Positions 34,667-47,093 of a stretch of DNA of 64,000 nt are shown here, piece after piece. Each line of letters opens with the position of its first letter. Within the stretch, counting starts at the first letter, position 1. The notes below the pieces were generated by a model. The model was not told where the DNA came from. It did no database searches and saw only the letters and a list, made by a program, of their open reading frames with translations. Source of the stretch: an uncultured delta proteobacterium (lineage in GTDB: Bacteria > Desulfobacterota > Binatia > UBA9968); the NCBI GenBank assembly GCA_963847445.1, contig CAWJZV010000011.1, positions 98,658-162,657 of the forward strand. The letters run 5' to 3'. The position numbers and the translations under genes were made by a program.

Positions 34667-36102
34667 ATGATCCGGTCTTTACCCATGGCGCAACCCGCGT
34701 CGCGCGAACTGCCGCGCAATCTGCCGATAGTCGCCATCGTCGGCCGGCCCAACGTCGGCAAGTCGACGTTTTTCAACCGGCTGGTGGGCGAGCGGCGAGC
34801 CATCGTCGACGATCTGCCGGGCGTGACCCGCGACCGTAACTACGCCGAGGCGATCTGGGCCGGCAGAAAATTCTTGCTCGTCGATACCGGCGGCCTGGAA
34901 TCCGAAACCGCCGGCAAGTTGGAAGAAAACGTCCAGGCGCAGAGTCATTTGGCGGTGGCGGAAGCCGATGTCATCATGTTCCTGCTCGACGGCAAGGGCG
35001 GACTCAATCCGTTGGACGCCGAAGCGGCGGGGCAGTTGCGCCAAACCGACAAGCCGGTGTTCTACGCGGTCAACAAGCTCGACTCGCGCCAGCGTGAAAA
35101 CAATCTCTACGAGTTCTACGCTCTCGGTTTGGACAAGCTCTATTCGATCTCCGCTGAACATGGTTTGGGCATTCCCGATTTGATGGACGATGTGGTGCAG
35201 CATCTTGCGCCCAACATCGACAGCGAGGAAGACGATGCCGTGAAAATACCGCCGCCGCTACGGGTCGCCATCGTCGGCCGGCCCAATGTCGGCAAATCGA
35301 CCTTGACCAATCGTTTGCTGGGCTTCGAGCGTTCGGTGGTCGACGCCACACCGGGGACGACCCGCGATGCCGTCGACACTCCCTTCGAACTGCGCGGCGA
35401 GCCTTGCGTGCTCATCGATACCGCCGGGATTCGGCGCAAGGCGCGCATCGATGACCGCATCGAACGATTTCAGCGTCAGCCGCTCGCTTAATGCCGTGGA
35501 TCGCGGCGATTTAATCATTCATATCATCGACGGCCCGGAGAACGTGACCGACCAGGATGCGCAGATCCTGAGCTATGCCGTGCAGCGCGGCAAGGCGATC
35601 TTGTTGGTGGTCAACAAGTGGGATGTGGTGCGGCAAACCGGCGGCGACACCGATAAATATCGCGACGAAATCAATTACCGCTTGTCGTTTCTCGAATATG
35701 TGCCGATCTCGTTTATTTCGGCGGCGACCGGTTTCGGCGTGCGCAAAATGCTCGAAACCGCGGCGCGGCTGGTGCAAGTGTATCGGCGCAAGGTGTCGAC
35801 TTCGTCGCTGAATCAAGCGCTGCAGGAGATCGTCCAGGCTCACACCGTACCGCTTTTCCGCAACCATCCGGTGAAGTTTTACTACGGCACGCAGACCGGC
35901 GTGGCGCCGCCGACATTTACGTTCTTCGTCAACAAGCCGGACGGCATCCTGGAAAGTTATCAAAAATATCTGGTCAATCAGCTGCGCCAGCAGTTGGGCT
36001 TTGATCAATGCGCCGATTCGGCTGCACTTTCGCGCCCGGCGCGAGCCGTCAACGATTAAACGAAGAGGCAACTCGCCCAAGCGATCGCGCTCGGCAAAAT
36101 AG
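34667..36102 (+). CDS. der: Ribosome biogenesis GTPase Der/EngA (frameshifts)
   Basis: Two G domains (GRPNVGKS twice, GVTRD/GTTRD) and C-terminal PPTF. Confidence 0.95.
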
Positions 36103-36292
36103 TCCATGGCAGCAGTTTTTGCCGGTTGGCGCATGACCACAAACTGCGCCATGCGGTAAAAAGCCTTGTAAAAACACCAGCATTTCTTGATCGGCGGATC
36201 ATTTTCGTCAATCACCTAGCCTTCGCCGGACATTTATTTTATCATTCGTGACTCGTTGGCAGGGGGCGCGGTCTGACAAAGCGCAGACGAAC

Positions 36293-37448
36293 ATGATTCA
36301 GCCTTCGTTATCATTTGCTGAAGGACTCTCATCGACAGCCACGCCGGGCGAGCATGCGCGGTGGCTGGCATTGACGCGCGTCAAAGGACTGGGCTGCGTG
36401 AGCTTCAAAAAACTCGTCGCCCACTTTGGCGATCCGACCCGAGCCTTAGCGGCGGCGCCGAGCGAGCTCGCCGCTATCGAAGGCCTGCAACGCGATGCCA
36501 TCGACGGCATGCTCGGTTTTACTCAGTGGGCCGAAGTCGACAGTGATCTCAAGCGCATTCGCAGTGCCGGCATTACGCTGGTGTGTTACACCGACGCCGA
36601 TTATCCGGCGCGGCTGCGCACCATCGCCGATCCGCCGCCGCTGCTTTACGTCAAGGGAGCTTCGACCGATGCCGACGCCAAGGCGGTGGCGATCGTCGGC
36701 TCGCGCAGCGCCAGCGACTATGGCCGGCGCGTGGCGCGGGATCTGGCGCGCGGCTTGGCGTCCTTTGGCTTCACCGTCGTCAGCGGCATGGCGCGCGGCA
36801 TCGACGGCATGGCCCATGAGACCGCATTGAGTTGCCACGGGCGCACCATCGCAGTGTTGGGTTCCGGCGTCGAGCGCGCCTATCCGCCGGAGCATGCTAA
36901 GCTTTATCAGCGCATCGCCGAACAGGGCGCGGTGATTTCTGAATTGCCCATCGGAACCAAGCCGCTGGCGTTCAATTTTCCTGCGCGAAATCGGTTGATC
37001 AGCGGCTTGTCGCTGGGTGTGGTGGTGGTCGAAGCGACGGAGAAAAGCGGTTCGCTTGATCACGGCGTCGTTGGCCATCGATCAGGGGCGCGAAGTATTC
37101 GCCGTGCCCGGTGAAGTGGGCTCTAGCCGCAGCCGCGGCGCGCACCGGCTGATTCGCCAAGGGGCGAAATTGGTCGAGACCGTTGACGACATTATAGAAG
37201 AGATCGCGCCGCAGTTGGCACGCCCGACCGGCGGCGCCGGCAAAACTGAAGCGCGACAGCTGCCGCAAAACAGCAGTGCGGCGGTGCAGAAAGTCTTCGC
37301 GCTGCTGCAAGAGCGTTCATTGCAGATTGACGAAATTATTGAAAATAGCGGACTCGTGTCCGCGCAAGTGCTCGGAATTCTTTTGGACCTGGAGTTGCAG
37401 GGATATTTGAGGCAATTGCCGGGAAAAATCTATACAGTCGAAAGATAA
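36293..37448 (+). CDS. dprA: DNA-processing protein DprA (frameshift near 37055)
   Basis: AIVGSR, VSGMARGIDGMAH, FPARNRLISGLS, C-terminal winged helix. Confidence 0.95.
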
Positions 37449-37493
37449 CGCGAGACAGCAAGCGTCATCCGTCCCCATTGTGAGCGAACAATT

Positions 37494-39805
37494 ATGGCAG
37501 CAAAGAATCTAGTCATCGTCGAATCACCGGCCAAGGCGAAAACCTTGGAGAAGTATTTGGGCCGGGACTTTCAAGTAAAAGCGTCGGTGGGCCATCTTAT
37601 CGATCTGCCCAAGAGCAAGCTCGGCGTCGATATCAAAAAAGATTTCGCGCCCGACTTCACGGTCATTCACGGCAAGAAAAAAGTCATCGACGATTTGAAA
37701 AAGGCCGCCAAGGGCAAAGAGAATATCTATCTGGCCTCCGATCCGGATCGCGAAGGTGAAGCGATCGCCTGGCATATCGCCAGTCAAGTGGTGAAAAATC
37801 ACAAGCATGTCCATCGCGTGCTGATCAACGAGATCACCAAGAAGGCGGTGCAGGCGGCGATCGCCAATCCGCTGACGTTGGATCGCAATAAATTCGACGC
37901 CCAGGTGGCGCGCCGGGTGCTCGACCGTCTGGTCGGCTATAAGATCAGTCCGATCTTGTGGACCAAGGTGCGGCGCGGTCTGAGCGCCGGCCGGGTGCAG
38001 TCGGTGGCGGTGCGAATGGTCTGCGAGCGCGAGCGAGATATTCGCGCCTTCGAGCCGGTGGAGTATTGGTCGCTGACGGCAGCGTTGGAAGGGCGCTTGC
38101 CGCCGCCGTTCAAAGCCAAGCTGGTTCAATGGAAAAACCAGAAGGTCGACAACAAGAAGTTTCGTCTGGAAAACGACGCAACGGTTCAGGCCATCGTCAA
38201 ATCGCTCGAAGGCGCGTCGTGGGTGATCGGCGATGTCGAAAAGAAAGAGCGGCGCCGTTATCCCGCGCCGCCGTTCGTCACCAGCAAACTGCAGCAGGAA
38301 GCGTCGCGCAAGTTGGGCTTCCAACCCAAGCGCACCATGCAGTTGGCGCAGCAGCTTTACGAGGGCGTCGAGCTCGGCAGCGAAGGATCGGTGGGATTGA
38401 TCACCTACATGCGCACCGATTCGACGCGGATCTCCGACGATGCCATCGGCGCGCGTGCGCGGTTTTATCCAAGGCCAGTACGGCAAGAACTATGTGCCGG
38501 GCAAGCCCAACAGCTTTCGCTCGAAGAAAGGCGCCCAGGATGCCCATGAGGCGATCCGGCCGACTTCACTCGGAATACACGCCCGATAAAGTGCGGCGTT
38601 ATCTGCGCCGCGACATGTTTCAGCTCTATTCGTTGATTTGGGATCGCTTCGTCGCCAGTCAGATGGTGCCGGCGGTGTACGATCAGACCGCCTTCGAGAT
38701 TCCGGTGAACGAAGCGGTGTTCCGCGCCACCGGCCAGCAGATCAAGTTCGACGGCTTCATGAAAGTCTATATCGAAGGGCGCGACGAGCGCGCCAGCCAG
38801 AACAATGACGACGATGAAGATGAGGCGCAGGATCTCGACGGCGTGCTGCCGGATCTGCAAAAGGGCGATGCGCTCAAGCTGCAAGCCATCGAGCCGCGCC
38901 AGCATTTCACCCAGCCGCCGCCGCGTTTTACCCAGGCGTCGCTGATCAAGGAACTCGACGAGAAGGGCATCGGCCGGCCGTCGACCTACGCGGCGATCAT
39001 TTCCAATATTCTCGACCGCGAGTATGTCGCGCAGAACGAGAGCCGCCAGTTGGTGCCGACGGATTTGGGCTTCTTGGTGACCGATCTCCTGGTCGAAAGT
39101 TTCCCCGACATTCTCAACGTCGAGTTCACCGCCAGCATGGAAGACGAGCTCGACAAGATCGAGGACGGCAAGGAAAAGTGGACCAAGACGATGAAGCGGT
39201 TTTACACGCCGTTCGCGCACGATCTCAAGAAAGCCGAGAAAGAGATGCGCGATGTCAAACGGCAGGAAGTGCCCACCGACATCGCCTGCGAGAAGTGCGG
39301 CAAACTGATGGTGGTCAAGTGGGGCCGCAACGGCGAGTTCCTCGCCTGTCCGAGTTATCCCGAGTGCAAGAACACCAAGAACTTCAAGCGCGACGACAAG
39401 GGCGAGATTGAAATCGCCGTCGAGGAAGAAGTCGACGAGGCCTGCGAGAAGTGCGGCAAGCCGATGCTCTTGCGCTTCGGCAAGTTCGGCAAGTTTCTCG
39501 GTTGCAGCGGCTATCCGGAGTGCAAAAACATTCAGCCGCTGCAAAAGCCGGTGGATCTCGGCATCAAATGCCCGGAGTGCAAAGAGGGCAATATCAAAGA
39601 GCGCAAATCACGCTGGGGCAAAATGTTTTACGGCTGCGACAAATATCCCGAATGTAAATTCGCCACCTGGGATAAACCGATGCCGACGCCCTGTCCCGAC
39701 TGCGACAGTCCGATCCTGGTCGAGAAAGTGCTCAAGCGCACCGGCCGCACCCACCGCTGCTACAAGAAAGAGTGCGGCTACTCGATCCAAGTGGCGGAGC
39801 AATAG
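37494..39805 (+). CDS. topA: DNA topoisomerase I (frameshifts near 38450 and 38570)
   Basis: IVESPAK, DPDREGE, SAGRVQS, ITYMRTD, GIGRPSTY, C-terminal zinc ribbons. Confidence 0.97.
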
Positions 39806-40045
39806 CTCCGGGCGGCACGGCTGTCAGCCGAAGTAAGATTCGAGCAGATTGGCCGCAAAGAACGCAAAGGTCATAAATCGGAATCCGATGGGTAGGTGAA
39901 GCGGGCTTTTAAACCCGCTCTCTGGGTTCACAGATTGCTTGCAAAGATTTCGACTGCGACGGTAGAGATTCCGCTGGTCGTGTTATTCAAGGACAGTGTC
40001 CCCAAACAGGATGCCATTCGTCTCTTCTCGGCGGTCATAGGCTTT

Positions 40046-41420
40046 ATGGAAAAATTCTGTGCGCATCATTGGCGGCGGGCTGGCCGGCTCGGAAGCGGCG
40101 TGGCAGTTGGCGCGCCGGGGTGTGGCGGTGGAGCTTTACGAAATGCGCCCGCAGCGCATGACCGAGGCCCACGCGACGGCGAACTTCGGCGAGCTGGTGT
40201 GCAGCAATTCGCTGCGTTCCGATTCGCTTGTCGGCGCCGGCCGGTTTGCTCAAAGCGGAGATGCGCCAATTCGATTCGCTGGTGATTCGCGTCGCCGAAG
40301 CGAACCGCGTGCCGGCGGGTTCGGCGTTGGCGGTGGATCGCGATCGCTTCGCCGTCGCCTTGACGGCGGCGGTTGAAGCGTTGCCGCAGGTAAAAATTAT
40401 CCGCCAAGAAGTCACCACCATCCCTGACGATGGCGTGGTTATCCTCGCCACCGGTCCGTTGACTTCGGCCGATTTGTCGGCGCGATTTGACGGCGAAGTT
40501 GGGCGAAGAGCATTTATATTTCTACGACGCGATCTCGCCCATCGTCAGCGCCGAGTCGGTCGACATGGACATCGCCTACCGGGCGTCGCGTTACGACAAG
40601 GGCGGCGACGACTATCTCAATCTGCCGATGACGCGAGAAGAGTACTACGGTTTCATCGACGCGCTGGTGGCGGCGCAGCGGGTGCCGACCCATAGCTTCG
40701 AGCGTTTCGTGCCCTTTGAAGGCTGCATGCCGATCGAAGAGATGGCCGACCGCGGCAAAGATACGCTCGCCTTCGGACCGATGCGCGCTGTCGGCTTGAT
40801 CGACCCGCGCACCGGCAAGCGGCCCTACGCGGTGGTGCAACTGCGCCAGGAGAATCGCGAACGGACGCTTTATAATCTCGTCGGCTTTCAAACCAAGATG
40901 ACCTATCCCGAGCAGCGCCGCGTGTTTCGCGTTGATTCCCGGTCTGGCCAACGCCGAATTCGTCCGGCTCGGCAGCTTGCACCGCAATACGTTTATCAAC
41001 GCGCCGCAGCATTTGACGCCGACGCTGCAGTGGCGCCAGCGCGAATCGCTGTTTTTCGCCGGCCAGATGACCGGCGTCGAAGGTTATATCGAGTCGGCGG
41101 CGATGGGCATGCTCGCCGGCATCAACGCGGCGCGGTCTGCTCGCGGCGCTGCCATCTGCTGGTGCCGCCGCCGACGACGGCGTTAGGGCGCGCTGTTGCG
41201 CTACATCACCGATCCCGAGCGCAAGCGCTTCCAACCGATGAATGTGAACTTCGGTCTGTTGCCGCCGCTGTCAGTGCGGCTGCGCGGCAAGGCGAAGAAA
41301 GAAATGCATTCCCAGCGCGCGCTTGCCGACTTGGCGGCGTGGCTGAGCCAAACCGGCGCGGTTGACGGCGCGGCGGAATTCCATGCCTCGAATAACGCGA
41401 CAACGGCAGCACTCCCATGA
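40046..41420 (+). CDS. trmFO: tRNA (uracil-54) methyltransferase TrmFO/Gid (frameshifts)
   Basis: [44 protein letters not shown]; follows topA. Confidence 0.95.
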
Positions 41421-42355
41421 GTCCGCGCCGAAGCGCCTTCATCGACGTCGGCACGAATACGATTCTCTGCCTGATCGCCGATATTCGCGATACCGGCCGC
41501 TTTCGCGTGCTGGATGATATGGCCGAAATCGCCCGCCTCGGCCAGGGCGTCGATCAAAGCGGCATAATCGGCGCCGCCGGTGAAGCAGCGCGCCATCGAG
41601 ATTCTCGCGCGATACCGCGACCGTTGTCACGATCTCGGCGTCGAAGAAATTACCGCCGTCGGCACCAGTGCACTGCGCGATGCCAAGAATAGTGACGAAG
41701 TCCGGGCGCGCATCCGGGATGCGCTTGGCATCGACATCCGGGTGATTTCCGGAGCGGAAGAAGCTGGATATTCTTTTCTCGCCGTGCAGCGCGGTTTATC
41801 GCTTCTAGGCCAAGAACTCCTCGTCATCGATATCGGCGGCGGCAGCACGGAGTTTATTCTTGGCAACGAAAATGGCGTATCCCGCGCGTTGAGCATCGAT
41901 GTCGGTTCGGTGCGCTTGACCGAACGCTATTTGCATTCCGATCCGGTCAGTGCCGAGGAAGTCGCCGCCATGAGCGTTGCTGCCGACGCTCACTTGGCAC
42001 AAATCACCAAAGACATTGTCGCCCGAGCTCGGCCGCGCCACATGGGTCGGTATCGCCGGAACGTTTACGACGCTGGCCGCGATCGAGCGAAAACTGACGC
42101 GCTATTCCCACAGCCAAGTGCATGGCAGCGTCTTGACTCTGGACGAAGTGAAACGTCAGGTCGCCATGCTGCAGCAGCGGACCATCGCCGAGCGCAAGAC
42201 AGATCGTCGGCTTGGAGCCGAAGCGCGCCGACGTGATTTTTGCCGGCGCTTACCTGATCGAAAAAATCATGGAACGCTTCGGCGCCAACCAAGTGGTCGT
42301 CAGCGATCAAGGCGTGCGCTATGGCCTGCTCCACGAAGCGGCCAAAGCGCTGTAA
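41417..42355 (+). CDS. ppx: Ppx/GppA phosphatase family (frameshifts)
   Basis: [35 protein letters not shown]. Confidence 0.9.
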
Positions 42356-42468
42356 ATTTTGTTGACTTTTCACCGCAATTTGGCAAGTATCACCGACTGT
42401 TTCGCGGCGTCGGGGGCTGCCGCTCAGTGGGCAAGTTCAGGTACTTTTCACAGGGGGGGTGAAAGGCA

Positions 42469-42738
42469 ATGACCAAAGCAGAGTTGATCGAGGCGGTCGC
42501 CAAGAGCGCCAACATTACCAAGCTCACCGCGGGAGAGGCCGTCGACGCGACCTTCGATGGGATCGCCAAGGCGATCCGAAAAAACAAACGATTCCAGGTT
42601 CCCGGATTTGGCACGTTCACCGTGCGCTCGCGCAAGGCGCGCAAAGGCATCAATCCGCAGACCGGCGACGTGATTAGCATCAAAGCGAGCCGCACCGTCG
42701 GTTTCAAAGCCGCCCCGGTGCTCAAAAAGGGGTTATAG
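42469..42738 (+). CDS. hup: DNA-binding protein HU
   Basis: MTKAELI...GFGTF...ARKGINPQTG. Confidence 0.95.
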   Translation: MTKAELIEAVAKSANITKLTAGEAVDATFDGIAKAIRKNKRFQVPGFGTFTVRSRKARKGINPQTGDVISIKASRTVGFKAAPVLKKGL

Positions 42739-42755
42739 TATTTCGGTTACCGTCG

Positions 42756-42790
42756 AAGGCCACCGCGGGCAACCGGGTGGCCTTTTTTAT
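42756..42790 (+). terminator. Intrinsic terminator after HU
   Basis: AAGGCCACCGCGG-GCAA-CCGGGTGGCC followed by TTTTTT. Confidence 0.85.
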
Positions 42791-42958
42791 TTTCCGCGAA
42801 TCGACTTGCAATCGAGATGTCGAGCGGGATAAGCAGCCGAGCACCGAACGACTTTGGTGCCAGAAAGCCTGGGAGAGACTGGGTTGTCCCAACTGCAACC
42901 ATCGCTTGATGATGGCCACTGCGAAACGTACAATGGCAAAAAATTAGAAAGAGCGCTT

Positions 42959-43883
42959 ATGTCGCTTAAAACCGAAAAAATCTGGATGGATGGCGCATTG
43001 GTGCCGTGGGAGGATGCCAAGATCCATGTGCTTGTCGCATGGCTTGCATTACGGCACGGGATATTTTGAAGGTATTCGTTGCTACGAACTGGCCGACGGC
43101 CGCTCGGCGGTATTTCGTCTCCAGGAACATATGCAGCGGCTCGTCGACTCGGGCAAGATTCTTGGGATTTCCGCTGCCTTATTCCGTCGAGCAGATGTGC
43201 AAGGCGACGGTGGAAGTGATTCGCGCCAACCAGCTCAAGGCCTGCTACGTGCGGCCCTTGGCGTTTCTCGGTCTCGGTGAACTGGGCGTTTACGCGCCCA
43301 ACAATCCGGTCAACGTGTGCATCGCGGTGTGGCCCTGGGGCGCGTACCTGGGCGACGAGGGCATCAAGAACGGCATTCGCGCCAAGGTGTCGTCCTTCAC
43401 CCGGCACCATGTCAACGCGACCATGACCAAGAGCAAGACTTCGGCGAACTACGTCAATTCGGTGCTCGCCAAGGCGGAAGTGAAAAAGGCCGGCTACGAC
43501 GAAGCGATCATGCTCGACACCGAAGGTTATGTCTCGGAAGCGAGCGGCGAGAATATTTTCATCGTGCGCAACGGCAAAATCAAAACCACGCCCTTGACAT
43601 CGATCTTGCCGGGGATCACGCGGGAGTCGATCATCACCTTGGCGCGCGACAAGGGCTATCTGGTCGAGCGAGGAGCGCTTCACGCGCGATGAGCTGTACA
43701 TCGCCGACGAGGCGTTTTTTACCGGCACGGCGGCGGAGTTGACGCCGATCCGCGAAGTCGACGACCGCCAGATCGGCGCCGGCCGGCGCGGCCCGGTGAC
43801 CGAAGACATTCAAAATACTTTCTTCGATGTCATCAAAGGCAAGGGCGGCGGAAAAGTACGCTAGCTGGCTCTATCCCGTATGA
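42959..43883 (+). CDS. ilvE: Branched-chain amino acid aminotransferase (frameshifts)
   Basis: [36 protein letters not shown]. Confidence 0.93.
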
Positions 43884-43940
43884 TTCTCGCCGGATTTTTT
43901 AGTTGAATTTTACCGTCCAGCTTCGTTTAATACATCACAG

Positions 43941-44311
43941 ATGGCTGAGCCAGCGATCCGACACTGCGGGTGACGATGCTGCCGCGCGATACCAACGCGC
44001 GCGGCACGATCTTCGGCGGCGTGATCTTGAGCCATATCGACTTGGCCGGAGGCATCGCCGCGGCGCGCCGGGCGGCGCGGAACTTCGTCACCCGGGCGAT
44101 GCGCGAGGTCGAGTTCATCGCGCCGGTGTACGTCGGCGATGTCGTGAGTTTCTACACCACCGTGATTCGCGAGGGCAACACTTCGGTCACGGTGAAGGTG
44201 AGCGTGGAGGCGGAGCGGGCCAAGGATCCGGCACTGCGCGTCAAAGTGACGGAGGCTGAGGTGATCTACGTTGCCGTCGACGAAGCCGGTAAGCCGATTC
44301 CACTAAGATAG
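43941..44311 (+). CDS. Acyl-CoA thioesterase (hotdog fold, YciA-like)
   Basis: [32 protein letters not shown]. Confidence 0.9.
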
Positions 44312-44472
44312 CGATTCGCGGGGCTCCATAAGGTACCGCAGTAAGTTGATTCAACCTGCCAGATCCGTATAGCCGCCGGCGCGCCCGCTGCTCAAAGCGG
44401 TGCTCGATATGCCGGTGCAGTTCGCCGACGACGCCAAGTACAAGCACAATGCCGCGCAGCTCCTCGACGAGA

Positions 44473-45322
44473 TCAAGGATCGCCAGCGGCACACGCTGAG
44501 CCACCGTTCGCCTGCAAAAAACTCATCGCAGGTTGTTTTATCTCGTCGAGCCTCAACCAATGGCCGCGGTCGGGAAGCAAAACCAGCCGGTGCGGTTTGC
44601 CGAAGCTTCGCAGCTGATCGCGCAGTAGATTGGCTTGGGAAACTGGAATCATGCCGTCCTCGGTGCCATGCAGGATCAAGGTCGGCGCGCTCCAGCGTTC
44701 GGTTTCAGGCAAATAGTTTTGTAGCTTCGGCGCGGCATCGCCGTTGGGGTTGAGCAGTTTGCGGATCCAGATGCTGTGCGTGTCTTGATAGAGCCGCGGC
44801 AGATCGTAGGCACCGGCCAGCAGCACAACGCCTTTGACCGCTTCGATTTGGTTGATCAGGGCGGTGGCGATGACGGCACCGCGGGAAAACCCATAGAGAT
44901 AGATGCGAGTGGCATCGATCCAGGGCAACTGTTTGGCCAATGCGAGCGCATCGAAGAACCGCCTGCCTGGTTGTTTCCGCCGAGGGCTTACCGGCGAATT
45001 CGCTGCGACCGTAGCCCGGCAGCGATAACGCAAAGGTCGCATAGCAAAGTTCGCCGGCGAAAAATTGCGCCGCGGGCAGTAACCGCTGTGCGCCGATGCC
45101 GAACCAGCTATGGCCGTGCAGCATCAGCATCAGCGGAAATGGCCCCGGTCCGCGCGGCCGGGTGATATAGGCCTCGACTTTGCCGTCGGCGCTGGGGAAG
45201 AGAAAAGCGTTGGTGCTCGCTTCAGGCATTTGGCTCAAGTCGCGCATCGACATCGTCGTCATGTTGGCGCAGCCCGACAGCAGGACGGCGATTAGCAAGT
45301 TCGCGAGACTCAATCGATGCAC
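44473..45322 (-). CDS. Alpha/beta hydrolase lipoprotein, S9 peptidase-like (frameshift near 44955)
   Basis: Lipobox LLSGC, GPGPFP, GFSRG, HGTEDG, GH. Confidence 0.8.
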
Positions 45323-45400
45323 GTCATTTGTCTAACACCGCCGCTCGGGAAAGCAAGATGATTGCACCCTGGGGGCGCTTTCAGTATCAATGGTAGGCCT

Positions 45401-46311
45401 ATGACGCACCGATTATTGATCGCTCTATTGCTTTGGTTGGGGTTGATGTCGGCCTGCGGCGATGCCGGCCAAGACGGCCAAAGTTTTGCGCGTCGGCTTC
45501 GTGCCGTCGGAGGATGCCGCGCAGGTGATGCAGAATGCCCAGCCGATCGTCGAGATCCTGCGCCAAAAGTTGGCCATGGAAGTCCAGCCGTTCGTCGCCA
45601 CCGATTACACCGGCGTCATCGAAGCGCTGCGCGCCAACAAGCTCGATGTCGCGTTCCTGACGCCGGCGTCCTACGTGCTCGCCAAAAACGAAACCAACGT
45701 CAAAGTGGTGCTCAAGTCGGAGCGCAAGGGCATACCCTCTTATTACGCTGCGATCATTACCCGCGCCGACAGCGGCATTAAGACTCTCGAAGATCTGCGC
45801 GGCAAGACGCTTTGCGTTCGGCGACGCGCTGTCGACCACCGGTCATGTGTTTCCGCGCAAGATGTTCAAGGAACGCGGCATCGACCCGGTGCGCGATTTC
45901 AAGCAGGTGCTTTACTCCGGCGGCCACGATGCCACGGTGCTGGCGGTGCTCAACGGCAAAGTCGACGCCGGCGCCACCTACGCGAACTCGCCGGACAGCA
46001 AAGACACGGCGTGGATGCGTTACCTGAAAAATCCCGAAGACATCAAAAAAATTCACGCCATCGCGTTCTCCGAGCCGATACCGGCCGACAATCTCGTCAT
46101 CAACGGCAATCTCGACGAGCGCCTGGCGAAAAAAATCGAAAATGTCTTTATCGAGCTCTCGCGCGATCCCCAAGGCAAAAAAATGCTGCGCGAGCTCTAT
46201 CAGATCGACGGCTTCGTCAGCGCCACGGATAAGGATTACGACTCGGTGCGCCAGGCGTTCGTCGACGCCGGCATCCCGCTCAAAGAAGCGCTGCAGAAAA
46301 AGAAACCGTGA
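45401..46311 (+). CDS. phnD: Phosphonate/phosphite ABC transporter substrate-binding protein (frameshifts)
   Basis: VGFVPSE, TDYTGVIEALR, STTGH, SGGHDA. Confidence 0.88.
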
Positions 46312-47084
46312 ACATCCTCGAGATCCGCGACCTCCATACTTCCTACAACGACTCCGTGCCGGTGCTGCGCGGCGTCGATCTCAAGATCGACAAGGGCGAG
46401 TTTGTCGGCGTGATCGGTCTCTCCGGTTCGGGCAAGTCGACGCTGCTGCGCAGTATCAACCGCTTGATCGACGTCAACGCCGGCGCGATTATCGCGCCGG
46501 CGGCGCTGCTCGGCGGCACGAGCAACGGCATCATCGATATTCTCAAGCTTTCTCACTCGAGACTGCGCCATGTGCGGCGCCGCATCGGCATGATCTTTCA
46601 GCAGTTCAACATCGTCAAGCGATTAAGCGTCATCGACAACGTGCTCTCCGGCGGGTTGGGATACCAACCGGCTTGGCGCGGCACACTGCGGATTTTTTCC
46701 CAGGAAGAACGACGCCGTGCGCTGGTGAACTTGAAGCGAGTAGGGTTGCTCGACCATGCCTACAAACGCGCCGACGAGCTGTCCGGCGGCGAACAGCAGC
46801 GCGTTGCCATCGCGCGAACCTTGATGCAAGAGCCGGTGATTATCCTGGCCGACGAACCGGTTTCCAGTCTCGACCCGAAATTGTCGCGGGTCGTCTTGGA
46901 TATTCTCAAAAGAGTCTGCCGCGAAGACGGCATCACCGCGGTGGTGAGCTTGCATACGCTCGAACTCACGCGAGAGTACGCTGACCGGGTGGTGGGTTTG
47001 AAAGACGGGCAGATACTTTTCGATGGCGCCACCCACGAGCTCACCGACGCCATTGTCGACTCGATCTATGGGCCGATCGATTAG
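46308..47084 (+). CDS. phnC: Phosphonate ABC transporter ATP-binding protein
   Basis: [40 protein letters not shown]. Confidence 0.92.
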   Translation: MNILEIRDLHTSYNDSVPVLRGVDLKIDKGEFVGVIGLSGSGKSTLLRSINRLIDVNAGAIIAPAALLGGTSNGIIDILKLSHSRLRHVRRRIGMIFQQFNIVKRLSVIDNVLSGGLGYQPAWRGTLRIFSQEERRRALVNLKRVGLLDHAYKRADELSGGEQQRVAIARTLMQEPVIILADEPVSSLDPKLSRVVLDILKRVCREDGITAVVSLHTLELTREYADRVVGLKDGQILFDGATHELTDAIVDSIYGPID

Positions 47085-47093
47085 CTCCGGCCA

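Noticed and set aside
44351-44500. Coding-like stretch LLKAVLDMPVQFADDAKYKHNAAQLLDEIK as a gene
   Set aside because: No clear start or RBS and it overlaps the end of the convergent hydrolase; it may be a relic but I cannot assign it
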